From Candidatus Thiothrix moscowensis (GTDB lineage Bacteria > Pseudomonadota > Gammaproteobacteria > Thiotrichales > Thiotrichaceae), in assembly GCA_016292235.1 (NCBI GenBank), contig JAEHNX010000017.1:574-64573 (forward strand): 64,000 nt of DNA, read 5' to 3'. The notes under the pieces are model-generated. The model saw only the letters and a program-made list of their open reading frames with translations, did not search any database and was not told the origin of the DNA. This document shows, piece by piece, positions 29,980 through 51,226 of the stretch. Both the position numbers and the translations under genes were made by a program. The first letter of the stretch is position 1, and the number at the start of each line of letters is the position of its first letter.

Positions 29980-30051
29980 GTCGCTTGTTAAGTTGACAAA
30001 ACCGGCAATGTCTGGAAGCCGGGATTCTGACTCCGAAATTGAGGAAAGAAG

Positions 30052-34137
<4,086 letters not shown>

Positions 34138-34155
34138 ACACGGGATTGGATAGCG

Positions 34156-38346
<4,191 letters not shown>

Positions 38347-38379
38347 TCCAGTGAGGGTTCAGGTTTAAGTTATTGACAG

Positions 38380-38419
38380 GGAAAACCTCCTTGACAGGAG
38401 GTTTTCCGATCCATACAAT
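38380..38419 (+). promoter_or_regulatory. Sigma70 promoter of the str operon inside an 11-bp inverted repeat (also likely rpoC terminator)
   Basis: GGAAAACCTCC-TTGACA-GGAGGTTTTCC; TTGACA (38391) -17 nt- TACAAT (38414). Confidence 0.8.
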
Positions 38420-38517
38420 CTTGCGTCCTTAGATAGACCGATTTTCGGTCTGTTGTTTTTATGGGGACTAGGCAAGCCAGGCAGGTTCCTCGTGATTCCA
38501 GGAGACAATTTCAGAAT

Positions 38518-38892
38518 ATGGCAACAGTAAACCAGTTGGTGCGCAAACCGCGCCAGAGCAAAGTAGAGAAGAGCAAGGTGCCAGCGTTGGAGGCTTGTCC
38601 GCAGCGTCGTGGTGTTTGTACCCGTGTTTATACGACCACCCCAAAGAAACCGAACTCCGCTATGCGTAAGGTTGCTCGTGTGCGTTTGACCAATGGTTTT
38701 GAAGTCACTAGCTATATCGGTGGTGAAGGCCATAACCTCCAGGAGCACTCGGTGGTGCTGATCCGTGGTGGTCGTGTCAAGGATTTGCCAGGTGTGCGTT
38801 ACCATACAGTGCGCGGCAGTCTTGATACGCAAGGTGTCAAAAATCGCAAGCAGGCTCGTTCCAAGTACGGCGCCAAGCGTCCCAAGAAGTAA
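38518..38892 (+). CDS. rpsL: 30S ribosomal protein S12
   Basis: [28 protein letters not shown]. Confidence 0.99.
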   Translation: MATVNQLVRKPRQSKVEKSKVPALEACPQRRGVCTRVYTTTPKKPNSAMRKVARVRLTNGFEVTSYIGGEGHNLQEHSVVLIRGGRVKDLPGVRYHTVRGSLDTQGVKNRKQARSKYGAKRPKK

Positions 38893-38908
38893 TTCACAGG
38901 TGATATGA

Positions 38909-39382
<474 letters not shown>

Positions 39383-39401
39383 TTGACGGATTAAGAATTC
39401 A

Positions 39402-41507
39402 GTGGCACGTAGCACCCCTATTGAGCACTATCGCAATATCGGCATCATGGCGCACATTGATGCGGGTAAAACGACTGCTACCGAGCGCATCCTGTTTTAT
39501 ACGGGTGTGTCTCACAAAATAGGTGAAGTGCACGATGGTGCTGCTACCATGGACTGGATGGAGCAGGAGCGGGAACGGGGTATTACCATTACCTCGGCAG
39601 CCACCACTTGTTTCTGGTCAGGCATGGATAAGCAGTTTCCACAGCATCGCGTCAATATCATTGATACGCCGGGGCACGTTGATTTCACGATTGAGGTGGA
39701 ACGTTCTTTGCGGGTGCTGGATGGTGCGGTATTTGTACTCTGTGCTGTTGGTGGTGTGCAGCCGCAATCCGAGACGGTCTGGCGGCAGGCGAACAAGTAC
39801 CATGTTCCGCGCATGGCGTTCGTCAACAAGATGGATCGTTCGGGAGCAAACTTCCTGCGCGTTTACGAGCAGTTGAAAGCCAAGCTGAAGGCTAATCCAG
39901 TGCTGCTGCAATTGCCCATCGGTGCGGAAGAGCATTTTGCTGGTGTTGTCGATCTAATTCGCATGAAAGCCATCATGTGGAATGATGCTGATAAGGGCGT
40001 AACCTACGAAGCTGTTGATATTCCGGCGGACATGGTTGCTGACTGTCAGCAATGGCGTGAAAAAATGGTTGAGGCGGCTGCTGAAGCTGATGAAGCCTTG
40101 ATGGATAAGTACCTTGAAGAAGGTGATTTATCTTCGGAAGAGATTATTGCTGGTTTGCGCAAGCGCACGATTAATCTTGAAATCGTACCAATGACCTGTG
40201 GTTCTGCTTTCAAGAATAAGGGCATTCAGGCGGTTCTTGACAAGGTGGTGGAGCTGATGCCATCACCGGTGGATGTGCCTTCTATCAAAGGCCATCTGGA
40301 TGACAAGGACGGCTCTGAAGCCGAGCGTCATCCATCCGATGATGAACCGTTTGCTGCGTTGGCATTCAAGATTGCCACTGACCCGTTTGTGGGGACATTG
40401 ACTTTCTTCCGGGTCTATTCTGGGGTGTTGACTTCGCAGAGTGCGGTGTATAACCCAGTAAAAGGCAAGCGTGAGCGTATCGGGCGTCTGGTGCAGATGC
40501 ACTCCAATTCGCGCGAAGATATTGATGAAGTTCGGGCGGGAGATATTGCCGCTGCTGTCGGACTGAAGGATGTGACCACAGGTGATACGTTGTGTGACAT
40601 GCACAAGGTTATCACGTTGGAGAAAATGGATTTTCCTGAACCGGTGATTGCGGTCGCTGTCGAGCCGAAATCCAAAGCCGATCAAGAGCGCATGGGGATT
40701 GCGCTGAGTAAACTTGCACAGGAAGATCCGTCGTTCCGGGTGCGTACTGACGAAGAGACCGGGCAGACCATCATCGCTGGGATGGGTGAGTTGCACCTTG
40801 AAATCATTGTTGACCGCATGTTGCGCGAGTTCAAGGTGAGCTGCAATGTTGGTGCGCCACAAGTGGCTTACCGTGAAACCATCCGCAAGTCTGTTGAGGT
40901 TGAGGGCAAGTTTATCCGGCAGTCCGGTGGGCGTGGTCAGTATGGTCATGTTTGGTTGCGTCTGGAGCCATTGGGCGAAGCGGAAGGCTACAGGTTTGAA
41001 AATGCCTTGGTGGGTGGTGTGGTGCCGAAAGAATTCGTGCCTGCCGTCGATAAAGGTGTGCAAGAGCAGATGGGTAACGGCGTTTTGGTTGGTTTCCCTC
41101 TGGTTGATATGAAAGTTACCATATTTGATGGTTCCTTCCATGATGTGGATTCCAGTGAGCTGGCATTCAAAATCGCGGGTTCCATGGCATTGCGTGACGG
41201 TGTGATGAAAGCATCGCCAGTTTTACTGGAGCCGGTCATGAAGGTTGAGGTGATAACACCGGAAGAGTACATGGGCGATGTCATTGGTGATTTGAACCGT
41301 CGGCGCGGCATCATCCACGGTACAGATGAAGAAAGCGGTAGTCTGGTGGTACAGGCAGAAGTGCCGTTGGGTTCAATGTTCGGGTATGCCACTGACTTGC
41401 GTTCAGCGACGCAGGGTCGGGCATCCTACAGTATGGAATTTTTAAAATATTCGGAAGCGCCTGCGGCTATTACTCAGGCGGTCATTAAAAAAGTGAAAGG
41501 CGAGTAA
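39402..41507 (+). CDS. fusA: Elongation factor G
   Basis: [25 protein letters not shown]; GTG start. Confidence 0.99.
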   Translation: MARSTPIEHYRNIGIMAHIDAGKTTATERILFYTGVSHKIGEVHDGAATMDWMEQERERGITITSAATTCFWSGMDKQFPQHRVNIIDTPGHVDFTIEVERSLRVLDGAVFVLCAVGGVQPQSETVWRQANKYHVPRMAFVNKMDRSGANFLRVYEQLKAKLKANPVLLQLPIGAEEHFAGVVDLIRMKAIMWNDADKGVTYEAVDIPADMVADCQQWREKMVEAAAEADEALMDKYLEEGDLSSEEIIAGLRKRTINLEIVPMTCGSAFKNKGIQAVLDKVVELMPSPVDVPSIKGHLDDKDGSEAERHPSDDEPFAALAFKIATDPFVGTLTFFRVYSGVLTSQSAVYNPVKGKRERIGRLVQMHSNSREDIDEVRAGDIAAAVGLKDVTTGDTLCDMHKVITLEKMDFPEPVIAVAVEPKSKADQERMGIALSKLAQEDPSFRVRTDEETGQTIIAGMGELHLEIIVDRMLREFKVSCNVGAPQVAYRETIRKSVEVEGKFIRQSGGRGQYGHVWLRLEPLGEAEGYRFENALVGGVVPKEFVPAVDKGVQEQMGNGVLVGFPLVDMKVTIFDGSFHDVDSSELAFKIAGSMALRDGVMKASPVLLEPVMKVEVITPEEYMGDVIGDLNRRRGIIHGTDEESGSLVVQAEVPLGSMFGYATDLRSATQGRASYSMEFLKYSEAPAAITQAVIKKVKGE

Positions 41508-41512
41508 CAACG

Positions 41513-42703
41513 ATGGCAAAAGGTAAATTTGAGCGCACGAAGCCGCACGTGAACGTAGGGACAATCGGTCACGTTGACCACGGCAAAACCACTCTGACCG
41601 CAGCGCTGACTGTCGTACAGTCCCGCAAGTTCGGTGGTGAAGCCAAAGCATACGACCAGATCGACGCAGCGCCAGAAGAAAAGGCACGTGGTATCACTAT
41701 CTCCACTGCTCACGTTGAATACGAATCTGACAATCGCCACTACGCGCACGTAGACTGCCCAGGGCACGCTGACTATGTGAAAAACATGATCACTGGTGCA
41801 GCGCAAATGGACGGCGCCATTCTGGTATGTTCCGCTGCTGACGGCCCAATGCCGCAGACCCGTGAGCACATCCTGTTGTCTCGTCAGGTAGGCGTACCTT
41901 ACATCGTTGTCTACATGAACAAGTGTGACCTGGTTGATGACGAAGAGCTGCTGGAACTGGTTGAAATGGAACTGCGTGAGCTGCTCTCCAGTTACGACTT
42001 CCCTGGTGACGACACCCCAATCATCAAGGGTTCTGCCCGTGCAGCCTTGGAAGGTGATCAATCCGAGATCGGCGAGCCATCCATCGCCCGCCTGATTGAT
42101 GCGCTGGACAGCTACATCCCTGAGCCAGAACGCGCGGTTGACGGCACTTTCCTGATGCCGGTAGAAGACGTATTCTCCATCTCCGGTCGTGGTACTGTCG
42201 TAACAGGCCGTATCGAGCGTGGTGTTATTAAAGTTGGTGAGTCCATCGAAATCGTTGGTATTCGTGCCAGCCAAACCACCACTGTTACCGGCGTGGAAAT
42301 GTTCCGCAAGCTGCTTGATCAAGGTATGGCAGGTGACAACGTAGGTCTGTTGCTGCGCGGTACCAAACGTGACGACGTAGAACGTGGTCAAGTACTGTGC
42401 AAACCAGGCTCCATCAAGCCGCACACCAAATTTGAAGCAGAAATTTACGTTCTGTCCAAGGAAGAAGGTGGTCGTCACACCCCGTTCTTCAAAGGCTACC
42501 GTCCACAATTCTACTTCCGTACCACCGACGTAACAGGCGCTTGCGACCTGCCGGAAGGTGTGGAAATGGTAATGCCGGGCGATAACGTCAAGCTGGTTGT
42601 CAGTCTGATTAACCCGATCGCGATGGAAGAAGGTCTGCGCTTCGCCATCCGTGAAGGTGGTCGTACTGTTGGTGCCGGTGTTGTTGCTAAAATCATTGAG
42701 TAA
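41513..42703 (+). CDS. tuf: Elongation factor Tu (copy 2)
   Basis: Translation identical to 25171-26361. Confidence 0.99.
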   Translation: MAKGKFERTKPHVNVGTIGHVDHGKTTLTAALTVVQSRKFGGEAKAYDQIDAAPEEKARGITISTAHVEYESDNRHYAHVDCPGHADYVKNMITGAAQMDGAILVCSAADGPMPQTREHILLSRQVGVPYIVVYMNKCDLVDDEELLELVEMELRELLSSYDFPGDDTPIIKGSARAALEGDQSEIGEPSIARLIDALDSYIPEPERAVDGTFLMPVEDVFSISGRGTVVTGRIERGVIKVGESIEIVGIRASQTTTVTGVEMFRKLLDQGMAGDNVGLLLRGTKRDDVERGQVLCKPGSIKPHTKFEAEIYVLSKEEGGRHTPFFKGYRPQFYFRTTDVTGACDLPEGVEMVMPGDNVKLVVSLINPIAMEEGLRFAIREGGRTVGAGVVAKIIE

Positions 42704-42708
42704 TAGTT

Positions 42709-43020
42709 ATGTCTGATCAAAGAATCCGTATTCGCCTGAAAGCCTTCGATCATCGCCTGATCGACCGCTCTGCGACTGAAATCGTCGAGACAGCCAAGCG
42801 CACTGGTGCTCGTGTCAAGGGGCCAATTCCCCTGCCTACACGCACTGAGCGCTACACAGTGCTGATTTCCCCGCATGTCAACAAGGATGCGCGTGACCAG
42901 TACGAAATCCGTACCTACAAGCGTCTGATGGACATCATTGACCCAACAGACAAAACGGTCGACGCCCTGATGAAGCTGGATTTGGCGGCAGGTGTAGACG
43001 TACAGATCAAACTTAACTGA
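42709..43020 (+). CDS. rpsJ: 30S ribosomal protein S10
   Basis: [28 protein letters not shown]. Confidence 0.99.
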   Translation: MSDQRIRIRLKAFDHRLIDRSATEIVETAKRTGARVKGPIPLPTRTERYTVLISPHVNKDARDQYEIRTYKRLMDIIDPTDKTVDALMKLDLAAGVDVQIKLN

Positions 43021-43036
43021 TTTGTAAAAAAGTTCA

Positions 43037-43106
43037 TAGACGGCGGAAAAAATTCTGCTATAATGCGCGGCTTTCCACGGCTCGACCTATGTCGAGCCGA
43101 GTTTTT
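43037..43106 (+). promoter_or_regulatory. Internal promoter plus terminator-like hairpin between rpsJ and rplC
   Basis: TAGACG-16 nt-TGC TATAAT-GCGCGGC, then CGGCTCGAC-CTAT-GTCGAGCCG-AGTTTTT. Confidence 0.65.
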
Positions 43107-43154
43107 CTAGAAGTACAGAATGAAAGTTGCTCGGTGTGAGTAATTCGAAGAGGT

Positions 43155-43793
43155 ATGCAAATGGCAATCGGTCTGCTGGGTCGCAAAATCGGAATGACCC
43201 GGATATACGGTGAAGATGGTGGCTCCACTCCGGTCACTGTGCTTGAGATTGCGGCAAATCGTGTATCACAAGTCAAGACGCTAGAAACCGATGGTTATAA
43301 CGCCATCCAGTTGTCTACAGGTGAGAAAAAATCTTCCCGCGTTTCCAAATCGGAAGCAGGTCATTTTGCTAAGGCGGGTGTGCCAGCAGGTACTGCTGTG
43401 CGTGAATCACGTGTGGGTGATGTGGCTGGTTACGAACCCGGTTCCGAGTTGACTGTAAGCATGTTTGAGGCGGGTCAGAAGGTTGATGTGACAGGCGTAA
43501 GCAAGGGTAAAGGCTTTGCAGGTGTCCTGAAGCGTTATCATTTTGCTGGTCAAGATCGCACGCATGGTAACTCTTTGTCGCACCGTGCGCCGGGTTCCAT
43601 CGGTCAGAACCAGACTCCAGGTCGTGTATTCCCTGGTAAGAAAATGTCTGGTCATCTGGGGGCTGCTACCCGTACTTCCCAAAATCTGGAAGTGGTGCGC
43701 GTAGACACTGAACGCAATCTGTTGCTGGTTAAGGGCGCTGTTCCGGGCGCTACTAACGGCGATGTGGTTGTCAAGCTGTCAGTCAAGGCATAA
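43155..43793 (+). CDS. rplC: 50S ribosomal protein L3
   Basis: [23 protein letters not shown]. Confidence 0.98.
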   Translation: MQMAIGLLGRKIGMTRIYGEDGGSTPVTVLEIAANRVSQVKTLETDGYNAIQLSTGEKKSSRVSKSEAGHFAKAGVPAGTAVRESRVGDVAGYEPGSELTVSMFEAGQKVDVTGVSKGKGFAGVLKRYHFAGQDRTHGNSLSHRAPGSIGQNQTPGRVFPGKKMSGHLGAATRTSQNLEVVRVDTERNLLLVKGAVPGATNGDVVVKLSVKA

Positions 43794-43804
43794 GGATAAC
43801 TGCA

Positions 43805-44407
43805 ATGGAATTACAGATTGCAAATGGTGGATCAGTCGCGGTAAGCGATGATGTATTTGCGCGTGACTTCAATGAAGGTCTGGTGCATCAGGCAGTGGTT
43901 GCTTATATGGCGGCTGGTCGTGCTGGAACCAAGGCGCAGAAAACACGTTCCGACGTTAGTGGTGGTGGCTCCAAGCCGTTCCGTCAAAAAGGTACCGGTC
44001 GCGCACGTGCTGGTAGTATCCGTAGCCCGCTGTGGCGCACGGGTGGTAAGTCTTTTGCTGCACGCCCACGCAGCTTCGAGCAGAAGCTGAACAAGAAAAT
44101 GTACCGTGCAGCCATGCGCTCAATTTTCTCAGAGTTGGCGCGTCAGGATCGTTTAGTGGTGGTGAATGACTTTGATGTCATGGAGCCAAAAACCAAAGCG
44201 ATGGTGGCAAGATTGAAAGAATACGGTTCAAATGATGTGCTGCTGGTTTCCGATGTTGATGATGTCAATGTCCTGCTGGCATCGCGTAATATTCCGTATT
44301 GTGAAGTTGCAACAGTGGCTGGTTTGAACCCTGTTAGTCTGGTTGGGCATGAAAAAGTTGTCGTGACTGTGGCTGCGGTTGCAAAAATTCAGGAGTGGTT
44401 GGCATGA
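43805..44407 (+). CDS. rplD: 50S ribosomal protein L4
   Basis: [14 protein letters not shown]. Confidence 0.98.
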   Translation: MELQIANGGSVAVSDDVFARDFNEGLVHQAVVAYMAAGRAGTKAQKTRSDVSGGGSKPFRQKGTGRARAGSIRSPLWRTGGKSFAARPRSFEQKLNKKMYRAAMRSIFSELARQDRLVVVNDFDVMEPKTKAMVARLKEYGSNDVLLVSDVDDVNVLLASRNIPYCEVATVAGLNPVSLVGHEKVVVTVAAVAKIQEWLA

Positions 44408-44697
44408 GTCAGGAACGTCTTTATCACGTTCTGGTTGCGCCTCGCGTAACAGAGAAAACAGTTGCGGCAGCAGAAAAAGGCAATCAGTACGTGTTCAAGG
44501 TTGTCAAGAATGCAACCAAACAAGAAATCAAGGATGCTGTCGAGGCTTTGTTTGAAGTCAAGGTTGACAAGGTTCGTACCATCAACATGAAAGGTAAGCA
44601 GAAAAACTTCGGTCGTCGTAGCGGTCAACGCAATGACTGGAAAAAGGCTTATGTAAGCCTGGCGGAAGGTTTCTCTCTGGATGCGGCAGCGGAATAA
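44404..44697 (+). CDS. rplW: 50S ribosomal protein L23
   Basis: [14 protein letters not shown]. Confidence 0.98.
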   Translation: MSQERLYHVLVAPRVTEKTVAAAEKGNQYVFKVVKNATKQEIKDAVEALFEVKVDKVRTINMKGKQKNFGRRSGQRNDWKKAYVSLAEGFSLDAAAE

Positions 44698-44711
44698 GGT
44701 AAGGGTGAATC

Positions 44712-45539
44712 ATGGCAGTCGTTAAGGCAAAACCAACCTCTCCCGGTCGTCGTTTCCAGGTCAAGGTTGTCAACAAAGAGTTGCACAAAGGCGCACCTTG
44801 GAAGGGTCTGGTAGAGAGCCAGCGCAAGAGCGGTGGTCGTAACAATACTGGTCGCATTACTACCCGTCATGTGGGTGGTGGTCATCGCCAGCATTATCGT
44901 ATCGTTGACTTCAAACGTCGCAAGGATGATGTTCCAGCTCGTGTTGAGCGTTTGGAGTATGATCCAAATCGTAGCGCAAACATTGCTCTGTTGCTGTATG
45001 CGGATGGTGAACGTCGTTATATCATTGCGCCAAAAGGTTTGAGCGCAGGTATGGAAGTGATTTCCGGCATTCATGCGCCCATCGCTGTTGGCAATAGCTT
45101 GCCAATGCGTAATATCCCGGTCGGTACAGTGATTCACTGCATTGAAATGCGACCTGGCAAAGGTGCGCAGTTGGCGCGTAGTGCTGGTGCTTCCGTGCAA
45201 TTGGTTGCTCGTGAGGGTGCTCATGCAACTATTCGTCTGCGTTCTGGGGAAATGCGTAAAGTGCCGATCGACTGTCGCGCAACCATCGGTGAGGTGGGTA
45301 ACTCAGAGCATGGCTTAATCAAGCTGGGTAAGGCTGGTGCAAAACGCTGGCGTGGTGTTCGCCCAACGGTGCGTGGTGTGGTCATGAACCCGGTCGATCA
45401 CCCGCACGGTGGTGGTGAAGGTCGTACCTCTGGTGGTCGTCATCCAGTAACACCTTGGGGTGTTCCAACCAAGGGTTACAAGACTCGTAGTAACAAGCGT
45501 ACTGACAAGATGATTGTCCGTCGCCGGAACAAAAAGTAA
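44712..45539 (+). CDS. rplB: 50S ribosomal protein L2
   Basis: [21 protein letters not shown]. Confidence 0.99.
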   Translation: MAVVKAKPTSPGRRFQVKVVNKELHKGAPWKGLVESQRKSGGRNNTGRITTRHVGGGHRQHYRIVDFKRRKDDVPARVERLEYDPNRSANIALLLYADGERRYIIAPKGLSAGMEVISGIHAPIAVGNSLPMRNIPVGTVIHCIEMRPGKGAQLARSAGASVQLVAREGAHATIRLRSGEMRKVPIDCRATIGEVGNSEHGLIKLGKAGAKRWRGVRPTVRGVVMNPVDHPHGGGEGRTSGGRHPVTPWGVPTKGYKTRSNKRTDKMIVRRRNKK

Positions 45540-45551
45540 GAGGATTAGACA

Positions 45552-45824
45552 GTGCCGCGTTCACTAAAAAAAGGTCCTTTCGTCGACCATCACCTGATTA
45601 AGAAGGTCGAAACTGCCAAGGCGAGTAATGACCGTCGTCCTATCAAAACATGGTCGCGCCGTTCTGTGGTTCTGCCAGAAATGATTGGTTTGACACTCGC
45701 AGTTCATAATGGCAAACAGCATGTTCCGGTGCTGGTCAATGAAAATATGGTAGGCCACAAGCTGGGTGAGTTTGCACTGACCCGTTCTTACCGTGGTCAC
45801 GTTGCTGACAAGAAGTCAAAGTAA
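45552..45824 (+). CDS. rpsS: 30S ribosomal protein S19
   Basis: [15 protein letters not shown]; GTG start. Confidence 0.99.
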   Translation: MPRSLKKGPFVDHHLIKKVETAKASNDRRPIKTWSRRSVVLPEMIGLTLAVHNGKQHVPVLVNENMVGHKLGEFALTRSYRGHVADKKSK

Positions 45825-45833
45825 GAGGTAGAG

Positions 45834-46166
45834 ATGGAAGTTGCAGCTAAATTGCGCTTTGCGCGTATTTCTCCTCAGAAATGTCGCTTGGTTGCTGATC
45901 AGGTTCGTGGTCTGCCAGTTGATAAGGCTTTGAATATCTTGGCGTTCAGCCCTAAGAAGGGTGCAGCTATGGTCAAGAAAGTTCTGGAATCTGCCATTGC
46001 CAATGCAGAACATAACGAAGGCGCGGATGTTGATGAATTGTGTGTCAAGACAATCTTTGTTGATCAAGGGCCTACGATGAAGCGTATCATGCCGCGTGCT
46101 AAGGGACGTGCTAACCGCATCCTGAAGCGTACCAGTCACATTACCGTCGCTGTTGGCGAGAAATAA
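45834..46166 (+). CDS. rplV: 50S ribosomal protein L22
   Basis: RISPQK, PRAKGRA, TSHITV. Confidence 0.99.
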   Translation: MEVAAKLRFARISPQKCRLVADQVRGLPVDKALNILAFSPKKGAAMVKKVLESAIANAEHNEGADVDELCVKTIFVDQGPTMKRIMPRAKGRANRILKRTSHITVAVGEK

Positions 46167-46175
46167 GGTTTTAGT

Positions 46176-46868
46176 ATGGGTCAGAAAGTACATCCAACCG
46201 GTATCCGTCTTGGTATCGCCGCTGATTGGCGCTCCAAGTGGTACGCTGAAGGCAAGGACTATGCCGATTTCCTGTATAAAGATTTGGAAGTGCGGTCATT
46301 CCTGAAGAAGAAGCTGAAAGAGGCTTCCGTCAGTCGCATCCAGATTGAGCGCCCTGCCAAGTCCGCTTTCATTACCATTCACACTGCTCGTCCAGGTGTG
46401 GTGATTGGCAAAAAAGGCGAAGATATTGAGAAACTGCGTGCAGAAACGGCTGCCAAGCTGGGATTGCATGTCAACAATGTAAAGCTCAATATTGAAGAAA
46501 TCCGCAAGCCGGAACTGGATTCACAATTGGTGGCGGAAAGTATCGCCAGCCAGCTTGAGCGTCGCATCATGTTCCGTCGTGCCATGAAGCGTGCGGTCAG
46601 TAATGCAATGCGTCTGGGTGCGTTGGGTGTAAAAGTAAGTGTCGCAGGTCGTCTGAACGGTGCTGAAATTGCCCGTACAGAATGGTATCGCGAAGGTCGT
46701 GTTCCGCTTCATACGCTGCGTGCCGACATCGACTACGCAACTGCTGAAGCGTTGACTACTTACGGCATCATTGGCGTGAAAGTCTGGATCTACAAAGGCG
46801 AAGTCTTCGATCTGGAGCAAAAACAGCAAGCTGGCCAGAATCAGGGTCAGGCCAGAAAGAAGAAGTGA
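46176..46868 (+). CDS. rpsC: 30S ribosomal protein S3
   Basis: [24 protein letters not shown]. Confidence 0.99.
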   Translation: MGQKVHPTGIRLGIAADWRSKWYAEGKDYADFLYKDLEVRSFLKKKLKEASVSRIQIERPAKSAFITIHTARPGVVIGKKGEDIEKLRAETAAKLGLHVNNVKLNIEEIRKPELDSQLVAESIASQLERRIMFRRAMKRAVSNAMRLGALGVKVSVAGRLNGAEIARTEWYREGRVPLHTLRADIDYATAEALTTYGIIGVKVWIYKGEVFDLEQKQQAGQNQGQARKKK

Positions 46869-46880
46869 TAGAGGTTTGAG

Positions 46881-47294
46881 ATGTTACAACCCAAGAGAAC
46901 CAAATTCCGCAAGCAGTTTAAAGGCCGCAACCGTGGTCTGGCGCTGGCAGGAAGCAAAGTCAGTTTCGGCGATTTTGGCCTGAAAACGACTGAACGTGGT
47001 CGTCTGACTGCACGTCAGATTGAGTCTGCACGTCGTGCGATTAACCGTTATGTCCGTCGTGGCGGTAAAATCTGGATTCGCGTATTCCCTGACAAGCCAA
47101 TTAGCAAAAAGCCGTTGGAAGTCCGTCAAGGTAAAGGTAAAGGGAACGTTGAATACTGGGTGGCGCTAGTTCAGCCTGGCAAGGTTCTCTACGAAATCGA
47201 AGGTGTGGCAGAAGAGATTGCACGTGAGGCGTTCCGTCTTGCTGCTGCCAAGCTGCCGGTGAAGACTACATTTGTTTCCCGTCAGGTGATGTGA
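46881..47294 (+). CDS. rplP: 50S ribosomal protein L16
   Basis: [20 protein letters not shown]. Confidence 0.99.
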   Translation: MLQPKRTKFRKQFKGRNRGLALAGSKVSFGDFGLKTTERGRLTARQIESARRAINRYVRRGGKIWIRVFPDKPISKKPLEVRQGKGKGNVEYWVALVQPGKVLYEIEGVAEEIAREAFRLAAAKLPVKTTFVSRQVM

Positions 47295-47491
47295 TGAAAG
47301 CAGCAGAACTCAAGCAAAAGTCAGCTACCGAACTCAAGGCCGAGTTGGTTGAAAACCTGAAAGAGCAGTTTAAACTGCGTATGCAAAAGGCTGCTGGTCA
47401 GTTGTCACGTCCTTCTGAAGTGAAGCGTGTACGCCGTCAGATTGCCAGAATCAAGACAGTGCTTGCGGAAAAGCAGGCGGCAGGTGAATAA
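47294..47491 (+). CDS. rpmC: 50S ribosomal protein L29
   Basis: [16 protein letters not shown]; ATG overlaps the rplP stop. Confidence 0.97.
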   Translation: MKAAELKQKSATELKAELVENLKEQFKLRMQKAAGQLSRPSEVKRVRRQIARIKTVLAEKQAAGE

Positions 47492-47493
47492 CG

Positions 47494-47769
47494 ATGAGCA
47501 TGAATGAAGAAGGCAAAGTTGAACGCAGTCTGATGGGGCGTGTTGTCAGCAACAAGATGGACAAGTCCATTGTTGTGCTGATGGAGCGTCAAGTTAAGCA
47601 TCCAATGTATGGTAAGTTTATCAAGCGTTCCAAAAAATATCATGTTCACGATGAAAACAATGAATGCCGTGAAGGTGATACCGTATTGTTCAAGGAATGC
47701 CGTCCTTTGTCCAAGACAAAGCACTGGACTTTGATCAAAATTGTTGAACGTGCTCCAGAGCAGGCATAA
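47494..47769 (+). CDS. rpsQ: 30S ribosomal protein S17
   Basis: [24 protein letters not shown]. Confidence 0.98.
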   Translation: MSMNEEGKVERSLMGRVVSNKMDKSIVVLMERQVKHPMYGKFIKRSKKYHVHDENNECREGDTVLFKECRPLSKTKHWTLIKIVERAPEQA

Positions 47770-47786
47770 AGGGACGGAAACATACA

Positions 47787-48155
47787 ATGATCCAGATGCA
47801 ATCCATTCTGCAAGTTGCAGATAACAGTGGTGCCAAGAAAGTTATGTGCATCAAGGTTCTGGGTGGCTCTCACCGTCGTTATGCCAACATTGGCGACGTT
47901 ATCAAGGTGAGCATCAAGGACGCGATCCCACGTGGTAAAGTCAAGAAAGGCGATGTTTACAACGCTGTTATCGTGCGTACTGCTCATGGCATCCGTCGTA
48001 ATGATGGTTCCAAAATCCGTTTTGACAACAATGCTGCTGTGTTGTTGAACAATAAACTGGATCCTATTGGAACTCGTATTTTTGGACCTGTCACCCGTGA
48101 GCTGCGTGGTGAGAAGTTCATGAAGATTATTTCTCTGGCACCTGAAGTGCTGTAA
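47787..48155 (+). CDS. rplN: 50S ribosomal protein L14
   Basis: [16 protein letters not shown]. Confidence 0.99.
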   Translation: MIQMQSILQVADNSGAKKVMCIKVLGGSHRRYANIGDVIKVSIKDAIPRGKVKKGDVYNAVIVRTAHGIRRNDGSKIRFDNNAAVLLNNKLDPIGTRIFGPVTRELRGEKFMKIISLAPEVL

Positions 48156-48183
48156 GACTGCAACGACAGGAATAGGTGACAAA

Positions 48184-48501
48184 ATGCGCAAGATTCGCAG
48201 TAATGACGAAGTAGTCGTCATCACCGGCAAAGATAAAGGCCGTCGTGGCAAGATCATGCAGGTGTTGGCAGAAGGTAAAGTTTTGGTGCAAGGCGTTAAC
48301 CGTGTTAAAAAACACGTTAAGCCAAACCCAAATGCAGGTGTTCAGGGTGGCATTGTCGAAAAGGAAATGCCGATGGATGCCTCTAATGTGATGCTGGTCA
48401 ACCCTGCTACTGGTAAGGGCGACCGCGTTGGATTCAAGCTCCTGGAAGATGGCAAGAAAATCCGTGTCTTCAAATCCAATGGTGAGCGCGTAGACGCTTA
48501 A
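48184..48501 (+). CDS. rplX: 50S ribosomal protein L24
   Basis: [19 protein letters not shown]. Confidence 0.98.
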   Translation: MRKIRSNDEVVVITGKDKGRRGKIMQVLAEGKVLVQGVNRVKKHVKPNPNAGVQGGIVEKEMPMDASNVMLVNPATGKGDRVGFKLLEDGKKIRVFKSNGERVDA

Positions 48502-48509
48502 GGTGTAAA

Positions 48510-49052
48510 ATGGCAAGACTGCAACAGTACTACCGTGATACTGTCGTCAAGGAATTGACTGACAAGTTTCAGTACAAAAACGTAATGGAAGTCCCGAAGC
48601 TGGTGAAAATCAGCCTGAACATGGGTTTGGGTGAGGCTGTCGGTGACAAGAAAATCATTGAACATGCCACAGGCGATATGGCGAAAATTGCAGGTCAAAA
48701 ACCTGTTGTTACCTTGAGCCGCAAATCTGTTGCAGGTTTCAAAATCCGTGATGGTTGGCCGATCGGTTGCATGGTCACTTTGCGCGGCGAAAAGATGTAT
48801 GAATTTCTGGATCGTTTGGTCAATATCTCTATTCCACGTATCCGTGACTTCCGTGGTCTGAATGCGCGTGCATTCGATGGTCGTGGTAACTACAACATGG
48901 GGATCAAGGAACAGATCATCTTCCCGGAAATCGAGTACGACAAAATTGATGCGTTGCGTGGCATGAATATTACGATTGCTACCACTGCACGCACTGACGC
49001 AGAAGGGCGGGCGCTGTTGGAAGCGTTCAAGTTCCCTTTCAGACAGCAGTAA
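48510..49052 (+). CDS. rplE: 50S ribosomal protein L5
   Basis: [15 protein letters not shown]. Confidence 0.99.
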   Translation: MARLQQYYRDTVVKELTDKFQYKNVMEVPKLVKISLNMGLGEAVGDKKIIEHATGDMAKIAGQKPVVTLSRKSVAGFKIRDGWPIGCMVTLRGEKMYEFLDRLVNISIPRIRDFRGLNARAFDGRGNYNMGIKEQIIFPEIEYDKIDALRGMNITIATTARTDAEGRALLEAFKFPFRQQ

Positions 49053-49067
49053 GAGGAAAAAGATCTA

Positions 49068-49373
49068 ATGGCAAAGAAATCCATGATCGCCCGTGAAGCA
49101 CGCCGCACTGCTGCTGTTGCCAAATATGCAGCCAAGCGTGATGCACTGAAAGCTACGATTAGCAATCCTGAGAGCTCCTATGAAGCTGTGCTGGATGCTG
49201 TAGAGAAGCTGCAAAAAATGCCACGCGACAGCAGCCCGGTTCGCCAAATGACCCGTTGTAACTTGACTGGTCGTCCGCACGCCGTTTACCGCAAGTTCGG
49301 TCTGTGCCGTAATAAGCTGCGTGAAGCAGCCATGCGTGGTGATGTTCCTGGTTTAACCAAGGCTAGCTGGTAA
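49068..49373 (+). CDS. rpsN: 30S ribosomal protein S14 (long, Zn-independent type)
   Basis: [25 protein letters not shown]. Confidence 0.98.
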   Translation: MAKKSMIAREARRTAAVAKYAAKRDALKATISNPESSYEAVLDAVEKLQKMPRDSSPVRQMTRCNLTGRPHAVYRKFGLCRNKLREAAMRGDVPGLTKASW

Positions 49374-49387
49374 GGGAGAGAAACAAA

Positions 49388-49783
49388 ATGAGCATGAGTG
49401 ATCCTATCGCTGATATGCTGACACGCATCCGCAATGGTCAGTTGGCAAGCAAGGCGAGTGTGACTTTCCCTGCCTCCAAGCAGAAAAAAGCCATTCTGGA
49501 AGTGCTGCAAGGTGAAGGCTATATCGCTGGTTTTGATGCTGGTGATGCTGAAGGCAAACCTGTCTTGACTGTAAAGCTGAAATATTTCCAGGGTAAGCCT
49601 GTTATCAGTAAAGTCAAACGTGTTAGCCGTCCTGGTTTGCGTATTTTCCGTGGCAAAGATGAGCTGCCAACCGTCATGGGCGGTTACGGTATTGCCATCG
49701 TGTCTACTTCCAAAGGCGTCATGAGTGACCGCGCAGCCCGAGCAGAAGGTCAGGGTGGCGAAGTCATTTGCACGGTTGAATAA
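49388..49783 (+). CDS. rpsH: 30S ribosomal protein S8
   Basis: [24 protein letters not shown]. Confidence 0.99.
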   Translation: MSMSDPIADMLTRIRNGQLASKASVTFPASKQKKAILEVLQGEGYIAGFDAGDAEGKPVLTVKLKYFQGKPVISKVKRVSRPGLRIFRGKDELPTVMGGYGIAIVSTSKGVMSDRAARAEGQGGEVICTVE

Positions 49784-49797
49784 GGGCAGGCTTCAAG

Positions 49798-50337
49798 ATG
49801 TCAAGAATTGCAAAGAAAGCGCTGGCTCTGCCGAAAGGTGTGGAAGTCAGCATTAATGGGCAAAGCCTGAAAGTCAAAGGCAGTAAAGGCAATTTTGAAT
49901 TTACTGTACATGACGCTGTGGAAGTTGCTCAGGAAGACAATGTGCTAAAGTTCCGTTCACGGAATGAGTCTGACAGCAGCGGCTGGGCATTAGCAGGTAC
50001 AACCCGCGCACTTGCCAGTAATATGGTAAAAGGTGTCAGTGAAGGTTTTGAAAAAAAGCTGCAATTGGTCGGTGTTGGTTATCGTGCTCAAGCACAAGGT
50101 AGCAAGCTGAATCTGAGTTTGGGTTATTCCCATCCAGTAGTATATGAGATGCCAGAGGGTGTGACTGTCGAAACCCCAAGCCAGACAGAAATCATCATTC
50201 GTGGTATTGACAAGCAAAAGATTGGTCAGGTTGCAGCAGAGGTTCGCGCTTACCGCCCACCAGAGCCTTACAAAGGCAAGGGTGTGAAGTATGCCGACGA
50301 AACTATCTTGCGCAAAGAGACCAAGAAGAAGAAGTAA
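49798..50337 (+). CDS. rplF: 50S ribosomal protein L6
   Basis: [16 protein letters not shown]. Confidence 0.99.
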   Translation: MSRIAKKALALPKGVEVSINGQSLKVKGSKGNFEFTVHDAVEVAQEDNVLKFRSRNESDSSGWALAGTTRALASNMVKGVSEGFEKKLQLVGVGYRAQAQGSKLNLSLGYSHPVVYEMPEGVTVETPSQTEIIIRGIDKQKIGQVAAEVRAYRPPEPYKGKGVKYADETILRKETKKKK

Positions 50338-50348
50338 GGTGGCATAGT

Positions 50349-50702
50349 ATGGACAAACAAGTATCCCGTATCCGCCGTGGCAAACGCGCTCGTATGAAAA
50401 TGCGTGAGTTGCGTGTAAACCGTTTGAGCGTCCACCGTACTTCCCTGCATATCTATGCACAGGTAGTGACTGCTGATGGTTCTCAGGTTCTGGCTTCAGC
50501 TTCCTCGCTGGATAAAGATCTGCGTGCCAGTCTGGATTACACAGGCAATGTTGCGGCTGCAGCCGCAGTCGGCAAACTGGTTGCAGAGCGTGCGCTGGCA
50601 AAAGGTATTGATTCCGTTGCTTTTGATCGCTCCGGTTTTAAATATCATGGTCGTATCAAGGCGCTGGCAGATGGCGCTCGTGAAGCCGGTCTGAAATTCT
50701 AA
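50349..50702 (+). CDS. rplR: 50S ribosomal protein L18
   Basis: [16 protein letters not shown]. Confidence 0.99.
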   Translation: MDKQVSRIRRGKRARMKMRELRVNRLSVHRTSLHIYAQVVTADGSQVLASASSLDKDLRASLDYTGNVAAAAAVGKLVAERALAKGIDSVAFDRSGFKYHGRIKALADGAREAGLKF

Positions 50703-50713
50703 GGATTAATCCA

Positions 50714-51223
50714 ATGGCAAAGGCAGAAAATACAGCAGCACCATCTGACGGTTTGCAGGAAAAGTTGGTTCAAGTGAACCGCGTTGCCAAAACTGTGAAA
50801 GGTGGTCGTATCATGAGCTTCACCGCGTTAACTGTGGTGGGTGATGGTAATGGTCGTGTTGGTTTCGGTTACGGCAAAGCCCGTGAAGTACCAGCAGCCA
50901 TCCAGAAAGCAATGGATCAGGCGCGTCGCAGCATGGTCAATGTTTCTCTGGTGGATGGCACACTGCAATATCCAATCAAGTATGAACAGGGCGCTGCCCG
51001 TGTCTATCTGCAACCGGCCTCTGAAGGTACCGGTGTTATCGCAGGTGGCGCAATGCGTGCTGTTTTGGAGGTTGCTGGTGTGCGTAACGTACTTTCCAAG
51101 TGCATGGGAACTCGCAACGCAGGTAATGTCGTGCGTGCAACCATTGCAGCCCTCGGATCCATGCAGGCTCCTGAAATGATCGCTGCCAAGCGTGGCAAAA
51201 CTGTTGACCAAATCAAAGGGTAA
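50714..51223 (+). CDS. rpsE: 30S ribosomal protein S5
   Basis: [19 protein letters not shown]. Confidence 0.99.
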   Translation: MAKAENTAAPSDGLQEKLVQVNRVAKTVKGGRIMSFTALTVVGDGNGRVGFGYGKAREVPAAIQKAMDQARRSMVNVSLVDGTLQYPIKYEQGAARVYLQPASEGTGVIAGGAMRAVLEVAGVRNVLSKCMGTRNAGNVVRATIAALGSMQAPEMIAAKRGKTVDQIKG

Positions 51224-51226
51224 GAT

